From contig JBNMQI010000001.1 of NCBI GenBank assembly GCA_051277905.1, positions 1 through 60,810 on the forward strand: a DNA stretch of 60,810 bases, given 5' to 3'. Positions 29,807-38,629 of this stretch are shown piece after piece (within the stretch, counting starts at the first letter, position 1; the number at the start of each line of letters is the position of its first letter). Source of the stretch: Gammaproteobacteria bacterium. Lineage in GTDB: Bacteria > Pseudomonadota > Gammaproteobacteria > GCA-001735895. Below the pieces are notes generated by a model. The model ran no database searches and had not been told where the DNA came from. It saw only the letters and a list, made by a program, of their open reading frames with translations. The position numbers and the translations under genes were made by a program.

Positions 29807-31975
29807 ATGAATAAATTTTTAGAAATGCTGAATCCGCCAGATGGGCAACCGGGGCTGAATCAGGTTCGGGCGAACGTTGGTCGAATTGTGAATCCGGACA
29901 ATCCGTTGGCTGGAAAAATCAGCGAGGCGCTGATTGAAATCGCAAATTCTGAGATTCGCGGGTCGGGCTGGCATGAGGATTATGCGGTCATCGCAGATCG
30001 ACGATTTTACGGGCTGATCGTCAAACACCAGATATGGGCGGCGCTATATACGGATAACCGGCATCGAGAAATTATTCGTCAACTGCAAAACATAATGATT
30101 TTAGCAATCGATTTAATTGAAAACGACAAATTAAAAGCGATTGAACTCGATCCGTTACAAAAAATTCCTGAGCATGATATTGCTGGACTAGGATCGCTGA
30201 TACGAAAAATCGCAAAAAAACCAGACGATTATAAAGAAATTTCTTTGATTAATAATCTATTGGATTTATTGGAAGGGAGGGAACATCAACGACATGATTT
30301 TTACATGCTGATGAGATTTATAAAAATTTTAGATGGCGTGAATGTCAGTCGTCATCATAAAAAAGAGCTAGAAAAATCAAATCGGGTTGGAAATGGTCGT
30401 GATGGAATCAAAAAATATTTTTTTGGTACGAGAATACAGCTAACACCCGATGATCCGGATGATCTAAATGCTCTTCCAGCAATTCATGAGATTTTGCCGA
30501 ACGATGAACATCGAAAAACTAATTTGTACATTGATCCCGCAGAAGAAGATTTAGGTGGTCAGGTATTAATATATCGAGAGAAATTAAAAGCGCTGTCAGT
30601 AGAATTTAAAATAGGACATCGTAAAACCGAGGCTAGTCGCGCGATACTCGCTAGATATAATTCTGCACCACCAATTACAAACCGACAGCTAACTGATACA
30701 GAATTAATTAAATTGTGGCGATACATACAGCGAACAAAAAATCATGAATCACACATGGCAAATAAACGGGTGGGGATGATTCTGGAGGTGATGTTGCTGA
30801 CGTCAAGCTCATATGAAAATGCTATATCAATGCTAACAGAGGAACAAGATTCTCCAATAAAATTCGTTCAATCTAAAAATGAATTTCGGATAGATCGAAT
30901 ACGACCGGAATATAGAACCAACTCATTAGGTGTGAGAAATAGAATTACCGATAATTTATTGCAGTCGAGAGACTACGTTTCAATTCCAAATTATTGTAAT
31001 TTAAATAATTTTAAAGAGATTTTTGGAGGGGTAGATAAATTAGAGTTGAAAAAAAATGTTAAAGAAATTATTTTAATTCTTGGTGATAGAATAACACTAT
31101 CGAAAATTTCTAGACAAGTTTTTGAAATTGCACGATCATCGTATGATCCAGTCATTGTTCAAACAACATTCGGAATTAGGGTGTCATCAGCTACAGTACA
31201 AATGTTTTATACGGCAGTTTCGGGTAAGCAGGTATCTGATTGTTATACTGAATCGGCGAATGAATTTTTGAGACGCGTTGGAGCAGATTGTGTAAATCAT
31301 CAGCGATACGATCCCGGGTATTATTCGCCAAGAAACACACCAGAAATTGATGATTTTAAAAATATTTTTAATAGTATTCATCAGCAAATCGTCTTGAGTA
31401 ATGAGAATTTTTATAGGCTGCATAATTTGAATACCCTACTATGTGTTTTATGCCAATCGGTGTTTACGACAATACGAGGCATCTACGATCCAATGGTAGA
31501 GGTTGATGATTATAAATGTGCAGTTTTTTATAGAGATAAAGACCGCCAAGATTTTTCCAATTCGCGATTTCAATTTGTGCATCCGATGGCAATTCGAATT
31601 TCAGAATATTATTTATCGGTACGGAAAAATTCGATTGATACGCTGAATCTAGATGAAATTGATACATTCACATTTTTAGTATCTGATGATGGAAGATTGA
31701 TAACACCTAGACCACAAAATATACAAAAGTTTCTCGATGAATTTACGCAATATCCAATAAACTCAATCAGAAAACTCATCAGAACCCAGTTTGTTGAACG
31801 TTGTGTATCGTATGACTCGATCAATATGATTATGAATCACAATTCTCAGGGAGAGGCAGTATGGGATAAATATTCAACCGTTTCTCCAATAGATATTCAC
31901 AACGAATTAAAAATTGAATTTGATAAATTAATTGAAGATTTAGGAATTCAGGAGGATTGGTTTAATGCTGTCTGA
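29807..31975 (+). CDS. Large divergent tyrosine-recombinase-like protein (about 722 aa)
   Basis: AT-rich gene. The C-terminal third has a degenerate R..K..(H)xxR..H..Y layout (..FTTIRGIYD.., ..INSIRKLIRTQF.., ..MNHNSQGEAVWDKYS..). Start set at the first ATG (the track uses TTG 29783). 11-nt overlap with the next gene. Confidence 0.6.
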   Translation: MNKFLEMLNPPDGQPGLNQVRANVGRIVNPDNPLAGKISEALIEIANSEIRGSGWHEDYAVIADRRFYGLIVKHQIWAALYTDNRHREIIRQLQNIMILAIDLIENDKLKAIELDPLQKIPEHDIAGLGSLIRKIAKKPDDYKEISLINNLLDLLEGREHQRHDFYMLMRFIKILDGVNVSRHHKKELEKSNRVGNGRDGIKKYFFGTRIQLTPDDPDDLNALPAIHEILPNDEHRKTNLYIDPAEEDLGGQVLIYREKLKALSVEFKIGHRKTEASRAILARYNSAPPITNRQLTDTELIKLWRYIQRTKNHESHMANKRVGMILEVMLLTSSSYENAISMLTEEQDSPIKFVQSKNEFRIDRIRPEYRTNSLGVRNRITDNLLQSRDYVSIPNYCNLNNFKEIFGGVDKLELKKNVKEIILILGDRITLSKISRQVFEIARSSYDPVIVQTTFGIRVSSATVQMFYTAVSGKQVSDCYTESANEFLRRVGADCVNHQRYDPGYYSPRNTPEIDDFKNIFNSIHQQIVLSNENFYRLHNLNTLLCVLCQSVFTTIRGIYDPMVEVDDYKCAVFYRDKDRQDFSNSRFQFVHPMAIRISEYYLSVRKNSIDTLNLDEIDTFTFLVSDDGRLITPRPQNIQKFLDEFTQYPINSIRKLIRTQFVERCVSYDSINMIMNHNSQGEAVWDKYSTVSPIDIHNELKIEFDKLIEDLGIQEDWFNAV

Positions 31976-34508
31976 TCTAGCAGAGGAAGTTTTGAGCGAT
32001 TCTGGTGTTGATTTGAATGCTAACGATCACATTGAATCACATGTTTTTTTACTGATAATAGAGAAACTCCGCGCCCGGGTGGGTGCGGAGATGGTTGACG
32101 CGACACTGGATGAAATTATCAAATATTTTTTTGATACAGAACGAACCTCGCAAGACGATCTTAGTCGAATTGCTAAGATTGCTCGCCCAGCAGCACCTGT
32201 AACACCAGAGAATTTAGCGGGGTATCAGGAACTACTGAAATTCGATAAAATTTTTATAAATTTAATAAAATCTGCTCAGGCAGATGATTTCATCGGGTTA
32301 ATAACCTACAGTGCGATTCGGTATGGATTACTACTCGATGATAATTTGATTTGTAGTTGGTATGATCAAAATTGGTTAACAAATTTACGCCGAGTCAATG
32401 ATGAATACTGGTTTGTTTTAAATAAACCTAAGCAAAAAATTGGAATGGTATGGACGCCTGATAACTTCACGCTCGCACTGATTAGTAAGTTTCATGATCG
32501 TTTTAAAAAAAATAATAAATGGTTTTTTAATATTAAAAAATTATTAGATAAACACATGGATTCATCTGGATTGAATACCAAAAATAAATTTTTATCGGCA
32601 ATGAAAGCTCTTCTGCATAATTATTATCCAGGATTCATTATAGAGAGTTTATCTAATCGTAAAAATAATAGAGGGCTAAGCGAGATCGGTCATATTCGTA
32701 GAATAACCCGTCTAGTTCCACCTAATGCTAAGGTCAAAAAAAGAAATTGTTCAAAGAAAAGCCGAAAAAATTCTAAGGGCAAATCGCTTCGTATAATCAC
32801 CGATTCACTCAAAGTTGTGAGTAGCTCGGATGAATTTTTAGAAAAAATTAAGCATGTGGAATTTTCACCAGTAGTTAAGTTGATTATAGATTGTTCTGTT
32901 TTTTATGCGAATAATGAAACTGAGGCTGGAACAAAATTGAAAATTTCAGCGATCTATCGAATAATTAATGATTTGACAGATCGTTTTACTGGTGAGTTTA
33001 AAGATCAAGATTTGCAATTTTTACCAGATGAGGAATTGTTAGATAGATTCAAGCAAGTAATTTTAAATTCTAAAGAACACTCGAAGTTTAACATTCAGAA
33101 ATCGATTAATTATTTTTTATGGTTTTTGCATAATTATCAAAATCGACCAAGATTTTCAATAAATATCGTTATAAGTAGAAAATCTGAACCTCACCCAGTT
33201 ATGATTTTTCCATGGGAATATTCTCATGTCCATAAAGTGCTTAAAAACGAGTTGAGAATGGAGCTATCTGATGATAAAAAAATTCTTATAAATTTTGCTC
33301 GAATGGCCTTAATACTCGGATATCGATTAGGGCTACGACGTGGTGAAATACAGAATATCAGATTGTGTGATTTTCATATGAATGGTTTTCCAATGTTAGT
33401 TGTAACACCCTATGAAGACAAGACTCAAAAATCTATTCATTCAAATAGAAATATTGCTATTGGCGGACGATTTAGTTCTGATGAAATGATATTTTTAAAT
33501 GAATTTCTCGAATGGAGAAGGAAAAACTCAAAATCTAATGAAGATTTATTTCTAGACTGGGATTCTGAATTTTCGATTGTAACGAATCGGAATAAAATCT
33601 TCCTTTATTTGTCTACAGCTTTTAGGATGATAACCTCAGATCCAATCTGTGCATTTCATACATTAAGGCACAGTTTTGCTAGCAATAACATGTTCTATTT
33701 ACAACTACGGAATGATGAATCAATTATAGAGAATAATTTTCTTGGTTTGGATGTTGAGCAAATTAATGAATTTAAAAACTATTATGATCGAGTTAAAACT
33801 CTGTCTGGTGGGACTCGAGTATTCAACCCATTGCATCAATTATCAATGGAATTGGGACATGCCTCACCTGAAACCACACTCAGAAATTATGTTCATTCTA
33901 TTGATTTGATACTATCTAATTATCAGTCACGGCTATCGCCTGAATTGAGTACATTAGGGTTGGCGGATTTGTTTGATGTCGATAGAACCTCTATACAGAA
34001 AAAATTTAAATCTAATTCTGATGATCATTTACGTCCTAGTATTATTTATCGTGATTTCACACATAAAAAATTGAAAAAACTTGTTGAATCAGTTGATATT
34101 GATTCATGGAGATCTGTAGAAGACTCTTATCATTGTTTAAATCTGACTAAGCCGTTGCATGGATTCGACGGGTTTTTGAATGATTTGAAAAAATTTGATT
34201 GTAAAAAAATAACATTACGTCAATTATTAATGCGATACCCTGAACTAAGAAAGATTCGGAAAGATTTTTTATTGGACAAGGCGCTATATGATTTCCTAGT
34301 CAAGCATAATCTAATTAAATCTAAAGATTTACTGGATTCCATGATAGAGAATTTATCAAAATTGGCTGATTACGATCAGAGGTGTCGATATAAACGCTGG
34401 TGTACTCTGAGAAGGCATGCCGAGAATATAACTCTGGAAAATAACGCTAAGATAAAAAATACTCGCGGAGGGCAAGCGTTGGTGTATCTGATCAAGAGTC
34501 TAGGATGA
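31965..34508 (+). CDS. Large tyrosine recombinase (847 aa)
   Basis: Canonical catalytic motifs in the C-terminal half: ..LGLRRGEIQNIRLCDF.. (R), ..KTQKSIHSNRNIAI.. (K), ..HTLRHSFAS.. (HxxR), ..LGHASPETTLRNYVH.. (H..Y). Confidence 0.85.
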   Translation: MLSDLAEEVLSDSGVDLNANDHIESHVFLLIIEKLRARVGAEMVDATLDEIIKYFFDTERTSQDDLSRIAKIARPAAPVTPENLAGYQELLKFDKIFINLIKSAQADDFIGLITYSAIRYGLLLDDNLICSWYDQNWLTNLRRVNDEYWFVLNKPKQKIGMVWTPDNFTLALISKFHDRFKKNNKWFFNIKKLLDKHMDSSGLNTKNKFLSAMKALLHNYYPGFIIESLSNRKNNRGLSEIGHIRRITRLVPPNAKVKKRNCSKKSRKNSKGKSLRIITDSLKVVSSSDEFLEKIKHVEFSPVVKLIIDCSVFYANNETEAGTKLKISAIYRIINDLTDRFTGEFKDQDLQFLPDEELLDRFKQVILNSKEHSKFNIQKSINYFLWFLHNYQNRPRFSINIVISRKSEPHPVMIFPWEYSHVHKVLKNELRMELSDDKKILINFARMALILGYRLGLRRGEIQNIRLCDFHMNGFPMLVVTPYEDKTQKSIHSNRNIAIGGRFSSDEMIFLNEFLEWRRKNSKSNEDLFLDWDSEFSIVTNRNKIFLYLSTAFRMITSDPICAFHTLRHSFASNNMFYLQLRNDESIIENNFLGLDVEQINEFKNYYDRVKTLSGGTRVFNPLHQLSMELGHASPETTLRNYVHSIDLILSNYQSRLSPELSTLGLADLFDVDRTSIQKKFKSNSDDHLRPSIIYRDFTHKKLKKLVESVDIDSWRSVEDSYHCLNLTKPLHGFDGFLNDLKKFDCKKITLRQLLMRYPELRKIRKDFLLDKALYDFLVKHNLIKSKDLLDSMIENLSKLADYDQRCRYKRWCTLRRHAENITLENNAKIKNTRGGQALVYLIKSLG

Positions 34509-34535
34509 TTTTGATTTTTTAATGTTATCTAGATT

Positions 34536-34566
34536 GTATTAGTTCAGACCTGGTCTGAACTACTAC
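34536..34566. repeat. 31-bp palindrome (15-bp arms, 14/15) after the recombinase pair
   Basis: GTATTAGTTCAGACC-t-GGTCTGAACTACTAC. Lies between convergent genes, with a T-run 12 nt downstream on the plus strand. Confidence 0.8.
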
Positions 34567-34587
34567 ATCTGATTTTTTGGATCTTTG

Positions 34588-34749
34588 CTATTGATTAAAC
34601 ACGGAATCCAACGGGTCACTCCCCGGATTCTCAGCATAATATTCATTGAGGCGTCTATTTTTTATGCCGGATATTATCAAATAGATTGATAGTCCGACGA
34701 TGGTTAATAGTCCAATAATTACAAAAGCGTTCAGCATTTCAGTCAGCAT
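34588..34749 (-). CDS. Small single-TM protein (53 aa), not in the ORF track
   Basis: MLTEMLNAFVIIGLLTIVGLSIYLIISGIKNRRL.., with a GAGAGG RBS 5 nt upstream. Last gene of the minus-strand lipoprotein operon. Confidence 0.45.
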   Translation of the reverse strand: MLTEMLNAFVIIGLLTIVGLSIYLIISGIKNRRLNEYYAENPGSDPLDSVFNQ

Positions 34750-34769
34750 AGAGACCTCTCAAATATCTG

Positions 34770-35174
34770 TTATTTGCAATCTAATTTTAGCGCAGTTCCA
34801 GATAGACTGGCGACCCCTGAAATTAAAACATTGCGTTGAGCTGTGCCATACTCACTGTATTCCAGTCCGCCGGAACCTCCAAGCCAATTTTCCCTATAGT
34901 CCACCAATGCATTGAAGCCGGCCTTTTGAATAATAGTCACAAACTTATCTCTATGGGCTGTAAAATTTTCGGAAAGAGCCACTGGTAGGCTATTGGTGCT
35001 ATAGAATTGATAATACATAGGCCTGTACCCCAATATGGTACAGCTTATCTGTAATAGGCTATGGTCGGAGTTCAAGAGGCCCATCCAAAGGGGTTGAGTG
35101 CTGTTCTCGGCCAGCGATGATTGGTATAAGCCAATCATCATAAGCCCTGACAGTATCCTTAGCCTAAACCTCAC
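34770..35174 (-). CDS. Secreted hypothetical protein (134 aa)
   Basis: Signal-peptide-like MRFRLRILSGLMMIGLYQSSLA. 11-nt overlap with the upstream lipoprotein gene. Confidence 0.6.
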   Translation of the reverse strand: MRFRLRILSGLMMIGLYQSSLAENSTQPLWMGLLNSDHSLLQISCTILGYRPMYYQFYSTNSLPVALSENFTAHRDKFVTIIQKAGFNALVDYRENWLGGSGGLEYSEYGTAQRNVLISGVASLSGTALKLDCK

Positions 35175-35673
35175 TAGAGTACACCTTGTATTGCATGAGT
35201 TTTAATTCGCACGAGTGTTTGTTCAATACACGGTCTGTTTTTCCTAAAAAGCTTTTCTCAGTGTAATACCACTGTGAAGAAGGCAAGTTATGAATCTGTC
35301 CTACCAGCTTGTAATGTACGCCCGGAGCAACGTCGATCGTTGCTTTAGCATGCCCGACCTTTGGATCATTATTTCCACCCATGACATTGGGGTTTAAATC
35401 GCATTCGTAATCGATCTCATGTTGGCCAGGTAAGATCGCGTGTTTTGATTGAGGTAATAAGGCTAGTTTTTTCCCATCAATGGAATTGATTATCACACCA
35501 GACCCCATCCCCCAACCCGAGTTACCGTTGTTTTCAATGATAGCAACGTCGGTGATTGGGCGTTTTTCGCCGTCGTAAAAATCCGTGACGCCATGGCCAA
35601 CCAAACTTTTCATGGTGCTACAGCCACTTAAAACTGTCGTCAGAATCAATAAAGCTGAAGAAATCGATTTCAT
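35164..35673 (-). CDS. Lipoprotein (169 aa)
   Basis: MKSISSALLILTTVLSGC lipobox (LSGC). Confidence 0.75.
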   Translation of the reverse strand: MKSISSALLILTTVLSGCSTMKSLVGHGVTDFYDGEKRPITDVAIIENNGNSGWGMGSGVIINSIDGKKLALLPQSKHAILPGQHEIDYECDLNPNVMGGNNDPKVGHAKATIDVAPGVHYKLVGQIHNLPSSQWYYTEKSFLGKTDRVLNKHSCELKLMQYKVYSSEV

Positions 35674-35859
35674 TTAGTACGTCCCTTGTGTGGTTTGTTC
35701 TCAAAATGAGTAAAATAAAACTATAAATTATTCTTCTAGGAGAGACAATAAATGATAGTTACCCTATAAATACAAAGTTCTAATACTTTTTACGCTCTGT
35801 ATCTGTCACTTATAAGTACTCAATTTGGGTAAACAGTCGTATGTTCTCATGATGAGAAC

Positions 35860-36090
35860 ATGATTAAGACCATAGCATCTCCAAAGTACGGCAAACTTAT
35901 CGGCTGGTTAATCGCAGCCAGGAAGGCTCGTGGGTTGAGTTTGCGCGAGTTGTCTACTTCCCTAAACATCACGCTGACAGCGGTTCACAGGATAGAATCG
36001 CTAGAACGTCGGCTGGATGTGTTTGAGTATGTGCAGTATTGCCATGCCTTGGGTGTTGATCCTATTGATGGCATCAAAATGCTCAGATGA
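35860..36090 (+). CDS. XRE-family helix-turn-helix protein (76 aa)
   Basis: ..ARKARGLSLRELSTSLNITLTAVHRIESLERRLDVFEY.. HTH_XRE pattern. Confidence 0.7.
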   Translation: MIKTIASPKYGKLIGWLIAARKARGLSLRELSTSLNITLTAVHRIESLERRLDVFEYVQYCHALGVDPIDGIKMLR

Positions 36091-36181
36091 TGATTGTTGT
36101 TGTGTGCTTCTAACAAACCGAATACACCTTCTTAGTTCTATGAAGCTATAAAGTAAGAAGGCGCGTTACGGTGTATTTTCC

Positions 36182-36439
36182 TTAGTTTGTCGCGTCGGGT
36201 AGAAGTCGTGCAAAGCTTGTTCGTAAGTCTCCAAGAGTCTGAAACTCTTTTGGTCGGGTGTGCATCTTTTGATGCACCCAAAGTCTCACCGCGTCGTGAT
36301 TACCTACCCCCGAACGAATGCCAAGATACGAAGACAATCCCCGCCCGTCTTGAATCTCATAAAGAAATATCAACCAATCAGCGATGCTGTGAGCTTTTGG
36401 AGCTACCCACAAAGGTTCGAAGTGCGCATGGTGCATCAC
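36182..36439 (-). CDS. Hypothetical protein coupled to the integrase gene (85 aa)
   Basis: The ATG overlaps the integrase stop (4-nt overlap). Competing plus-strand ORFs have no such coupling. No motif recognised. Confidence 0.4.
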   Translation of the reverse strand: MMHHAHFEPLWVAPKAHSIADWLIFLYEIQDGRGLSSYLGIRSGVGNHDAVRLWVHQKMHTRPKEFQTLGDLRTSFARLLPDATN

Positions 36440-37665
36440 AATTCATCCCCCTTCGATAATATGTCCTTTATGCTCTTGGGCGATTCCTTCTCAAAGCGTT
36501 GCTCCAGTAACCGATCGAACGCCGAGCCATCTTGGCGGGTGAGGTTGGGTACATAGCGTGAGTACACACGAAACAGCATCTCGGTGGTGGTATGGCCCAT
36601 CTGTCGCGCAATCCACTCTGGGCTTTCCCCAGCAGCCAACCACAAGGTCGCAGCCGTATGGCGCGTCTGATAAGGGCGTCTTTGCTTGATCCCTAAATAG
36701 CGCAGCAATGGATACCACACGCGCTTAGTCACATTGTTATGTGATAAAGGCGTGTCATTGCGGGTTGAGAACACCAACTCCTGGCGGCGAGTCAGATTGC
36801 GCTGCTTCATCAGCGCGTCATACACCGGCTGCGACATATGAATCTCGCGTTGCGATCCATCCGTTTTGGTGTAAGTCATCTTGCCATCGACCACCGTTTC
36901 ACGAATTAAAATCTGGCGACGCTCAAAATCCACGTACTTCCACTTCAAGCCATCAATTTCACCGGTACGCATGCCCGTAAAGAAACGCACCGTGTAATAG
37001 GCTTTAAAATCCTCACGAACATTCGCCAGAATGAGCTGAACTTCTTCAATGGAGAACGGCTCGACATCCACTCTTTGAATTTTGAGAGATTTGACCCCTT
37101 TATAAGGTGAGGTAAACTCATAGCGGTCAGCGGCTTCATTCATAATCATCCTCAACGGGGTCATAACCTTGTTGATGGTGGCAGGCTTTAGTTCACTGTT
37201 TTTCCGCTTTGGATCTTTGGCGAGAGTGGAGCGGAAATTCAGGATGTCTGCTTTGGTGATGTCGTTGACTCTTTTACTACCCAACCTAGGAATCACGTAC
37301 GCATTAATATTCGTGATCACCGTCATCAAATGGCTGTCACGCCATTCGATCTTCTTCTCGGCAAGCCACAACTCAGTAAACTCCTCTAAGGTTGGAAAGC
37401 TAGCATCCACAGAGTAGGGCGAGAGCTTGGCCGCCAGTACTTTTTTGTCCAGTTCGTCAAAGAAATCCGCCTTCGCACTTTTAGGAAAGTAATCGCGATA
37501 AACGAATGTACCTAGGGTTATTTCTGCCTCGATACGCTCAACAATCTTTTTCAAACGCTGACGATGTTGCGGCGTGTCTTCGAACTTGGTTTGCTCTCGG
37601 CAGCGTTGTCCTTTGTACTGAAAGTTAATTCTCAATTTACCACTTCGGGCAATAATAGAAGCCAT
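36436..37665 (-). CDS. Tyrosine integrase (phage integrase family)
   Basis: 409 aa with an N-terminal arm/SAM-like region. Motifs: ..FFTGMRTGEIDGLKW.. (R), ..YQTRHTAATLWL.. (HxxR region), ..MGHTTTEMLFRVYSRY.. (H..Y). Confidence 0.92.
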   Translation of the reverse strand: MASIIARSGKLRINFQYKGQRCREQTKFEDTPQHRQRLKKIVERIEAEITLGTFVYRDYFPKSAKADFFDELDKKVLAAKLSPYSVDASFPTLEEFTELWLAEKKIEWRDSHLMTVITNINAYVIPRLGSKRVNDITKADILNFRSTLAKDPKRKNSELKPATINKVMTPLRMIMNEAADRYEFTSPYKGVKSLKIQRVDVEPFSIEEVQLILANVREDFKAYYTVRFFTGMRTGEIDGLKWKYVDFERRQILIRETVVDGKMTYTKTDGSQREIHMSQPVYDALMKQRNLTRRQELVFSTRNDTPLSHNNVTKRVWYPLLRYLGIKQRRPYQTRHTAATLWLAAGESPEWIARQMGHTTTEMLFRVYSRYVPNLTRQDGSAFDRLLEQRFEKESPKSIKDILSKGDEL

Positions 37666-37676
37666 GAGGATCCTCC

Positions 37677-37892
37677 TTATTGCAGAGCAATGTATTGAGT
37701 ATTTATAGCCGGAGCCCTAAACATGTCGGCTTCGATTTTCTCCCAAACATAAAGGATCTTGCGCCCACCGAAAGGGCGGAAGTAATGCACCCCTTCAAGC
37801 AGGACCGAGTCCTTTAATTGGTTACGAATGGTACGAGCATCATATTTGATGCGTTTTGCTAGTTCTTCAGTGGTTAGATAGGTTTGGCTCAT
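37677..37892 (-). CDS. Excisionase/AlpA-like DNA-binding protein (71 aa)
   Basis: MSQTYLTTEELAKRIKYDARTIRNQLKD.. MerR/Xis-type HTH. AAGGAG RBS before ATG 37892. Lies directly upstream of int. Confidence 0.75.
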   Translation of the reverse strand: MSQTYLTTEELAKRIKYDARTIRNQLKDSVLLEGVHYFRPFGGRKILYVWEKIEADMFRAPAINTQYIALQ

Positions 37893-37914
37893 AATGAACT
37901 CCTTAGTGGTTGTT

Positions 37915-37932
37915 TGTAGCGTATAAGCTACA
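37915..37932. promoter_or_regulatory. Palindromic operator 1 (TGTAGC-N6-GCTACA) in the xis/XRE divergent region
   Basis: TGTAGCgtataaGCTACA. The 12-mer TTTGTAGCGTAT is shared with the second site. Confidence 0.6.
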
Positions 37933-37966
37933 TTAGAAGCGTAAGGAGTCCATGTCAAGATGTATT

Positions 37967-37984
37967 TGTAGCGTATGCGCTACA
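37967..37984. promoter_or_regulatory. Palindromic operator 2 (TGTAGC-N6-GCTACA)
   Basis: TGTAGCgtatgcGCTACA, 52 bp from operator 1. Confidence 0.6.
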
Positions 37985-38063
37985 AAGATAGATTGAGGTG
38001 GCTATCTGATGTGGAAAGTCGGTTCACGTAGCACTCTGAGCGCGGTAAGATGAGTACAGAGAA

Positions 38064-38300
38064 ATGAGAGTTAATAAAATGATTAGATTTAGATTAAAAG
38101 AACTTATTGCTGAAAAGGGTTTTCAGGAAGGGCGCAGAGTTACGATCGACGAAGTGGCCAAGGAGACAGGCGTTCATAGAACTACGCTCTCTAAAATAGC
38201 TAACCAAAAAGGCTATAAAACCAATACTGAGGTTTTAGATAAACTGTGCCGTTACTTTGGAGTCGAGATCGGACAAGTAGCTGAATATTTAGAAGAGTAA
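38064..38300 (+). CDS. XRE-family helix-turn-helix protein (73-78 aa)
   Basis: ..RVTIDEVAKETGVHRTTLSKIANQKG..EVLDKLCRYFGVEIGQV.. An alternative ATG is at 38079. Confidence 0.75.
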   Translation: MRVNKMIRFRLKELIAEKGFQEGRRVTIDEVAKETGVHRTTLSKIANQKGYKTNTEVLDKLCRYFGVEIGQVAEYLEE

Positions 38301-38357
38301 CCAAGCCGCAGAGTCGTTAAGAGAAAATAAAACTACGTGCTTGTTAAAGGAATAATC

Positions 38358-38480
38358 ATGGCAAAATTTATCTACCAAACACTCATGCTCACCTTTCTTA
38401 AGTTAGTGGCAGACGGTGCTGAACATGCTCTTCAAGAAGTCACTGAATCGTTATCACTTGAATTTAGCCCCATGGTTTGA
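38358..38480 (+). pseudogene. Remnant of an Mrr-type restriction endonuclease gene (N-terminal wHTH, 40 codons)
   Basis: MAKFIYQTLMLTFLKLVADGAEHALQEVTESLSLEF.. resembles the Mrr_N domain start (..F..LM.P.L..LADGKEH.L.E....L...F). It stops after 40 aa and no nuclease domain follows. Confidence 0.45.
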
Positions 38481-38629
38481 TGGATGATTTTCAAAACAGG
38501 ATCTTTGGCCGTTTTAGAACACGAAGAATGATTAATGTGCAGCTTGAACGTTTTCAACCAGTTGCAACGACAGCGAATCATTCACAATCAACAAACGAAT
38601 TATGATGAATTAAAAGCAGGAATTAAAAC

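Noticed and set aside
34700-34915. Plus-strand 71-aa ORF
   Set aside because: It overlaps the minus-strand secreted-protein gene and the small TM ORF, which together form a coherent operon with RBSs and signal sequences.
35700-36200. A possible third, internal att copy marking a tandem-island junction next to int
   Set aside because: I found no stretch resembling TTCGAATCTGCGACCTCTGCC or its complement by eye here or in other intergenic regions. A sensitive alignment would be needed to exclude a decayed copy.
36187-36556. Plus-strand ORFs 36187-36459 and 36260-36556
   Set aside because: They overlap the integrase 3' end and the minus-strand ORF that is start/stop-coupled to int, and they have no RBS. 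The region stays ambiguous, so the minus-strand call itself is only 0.4.
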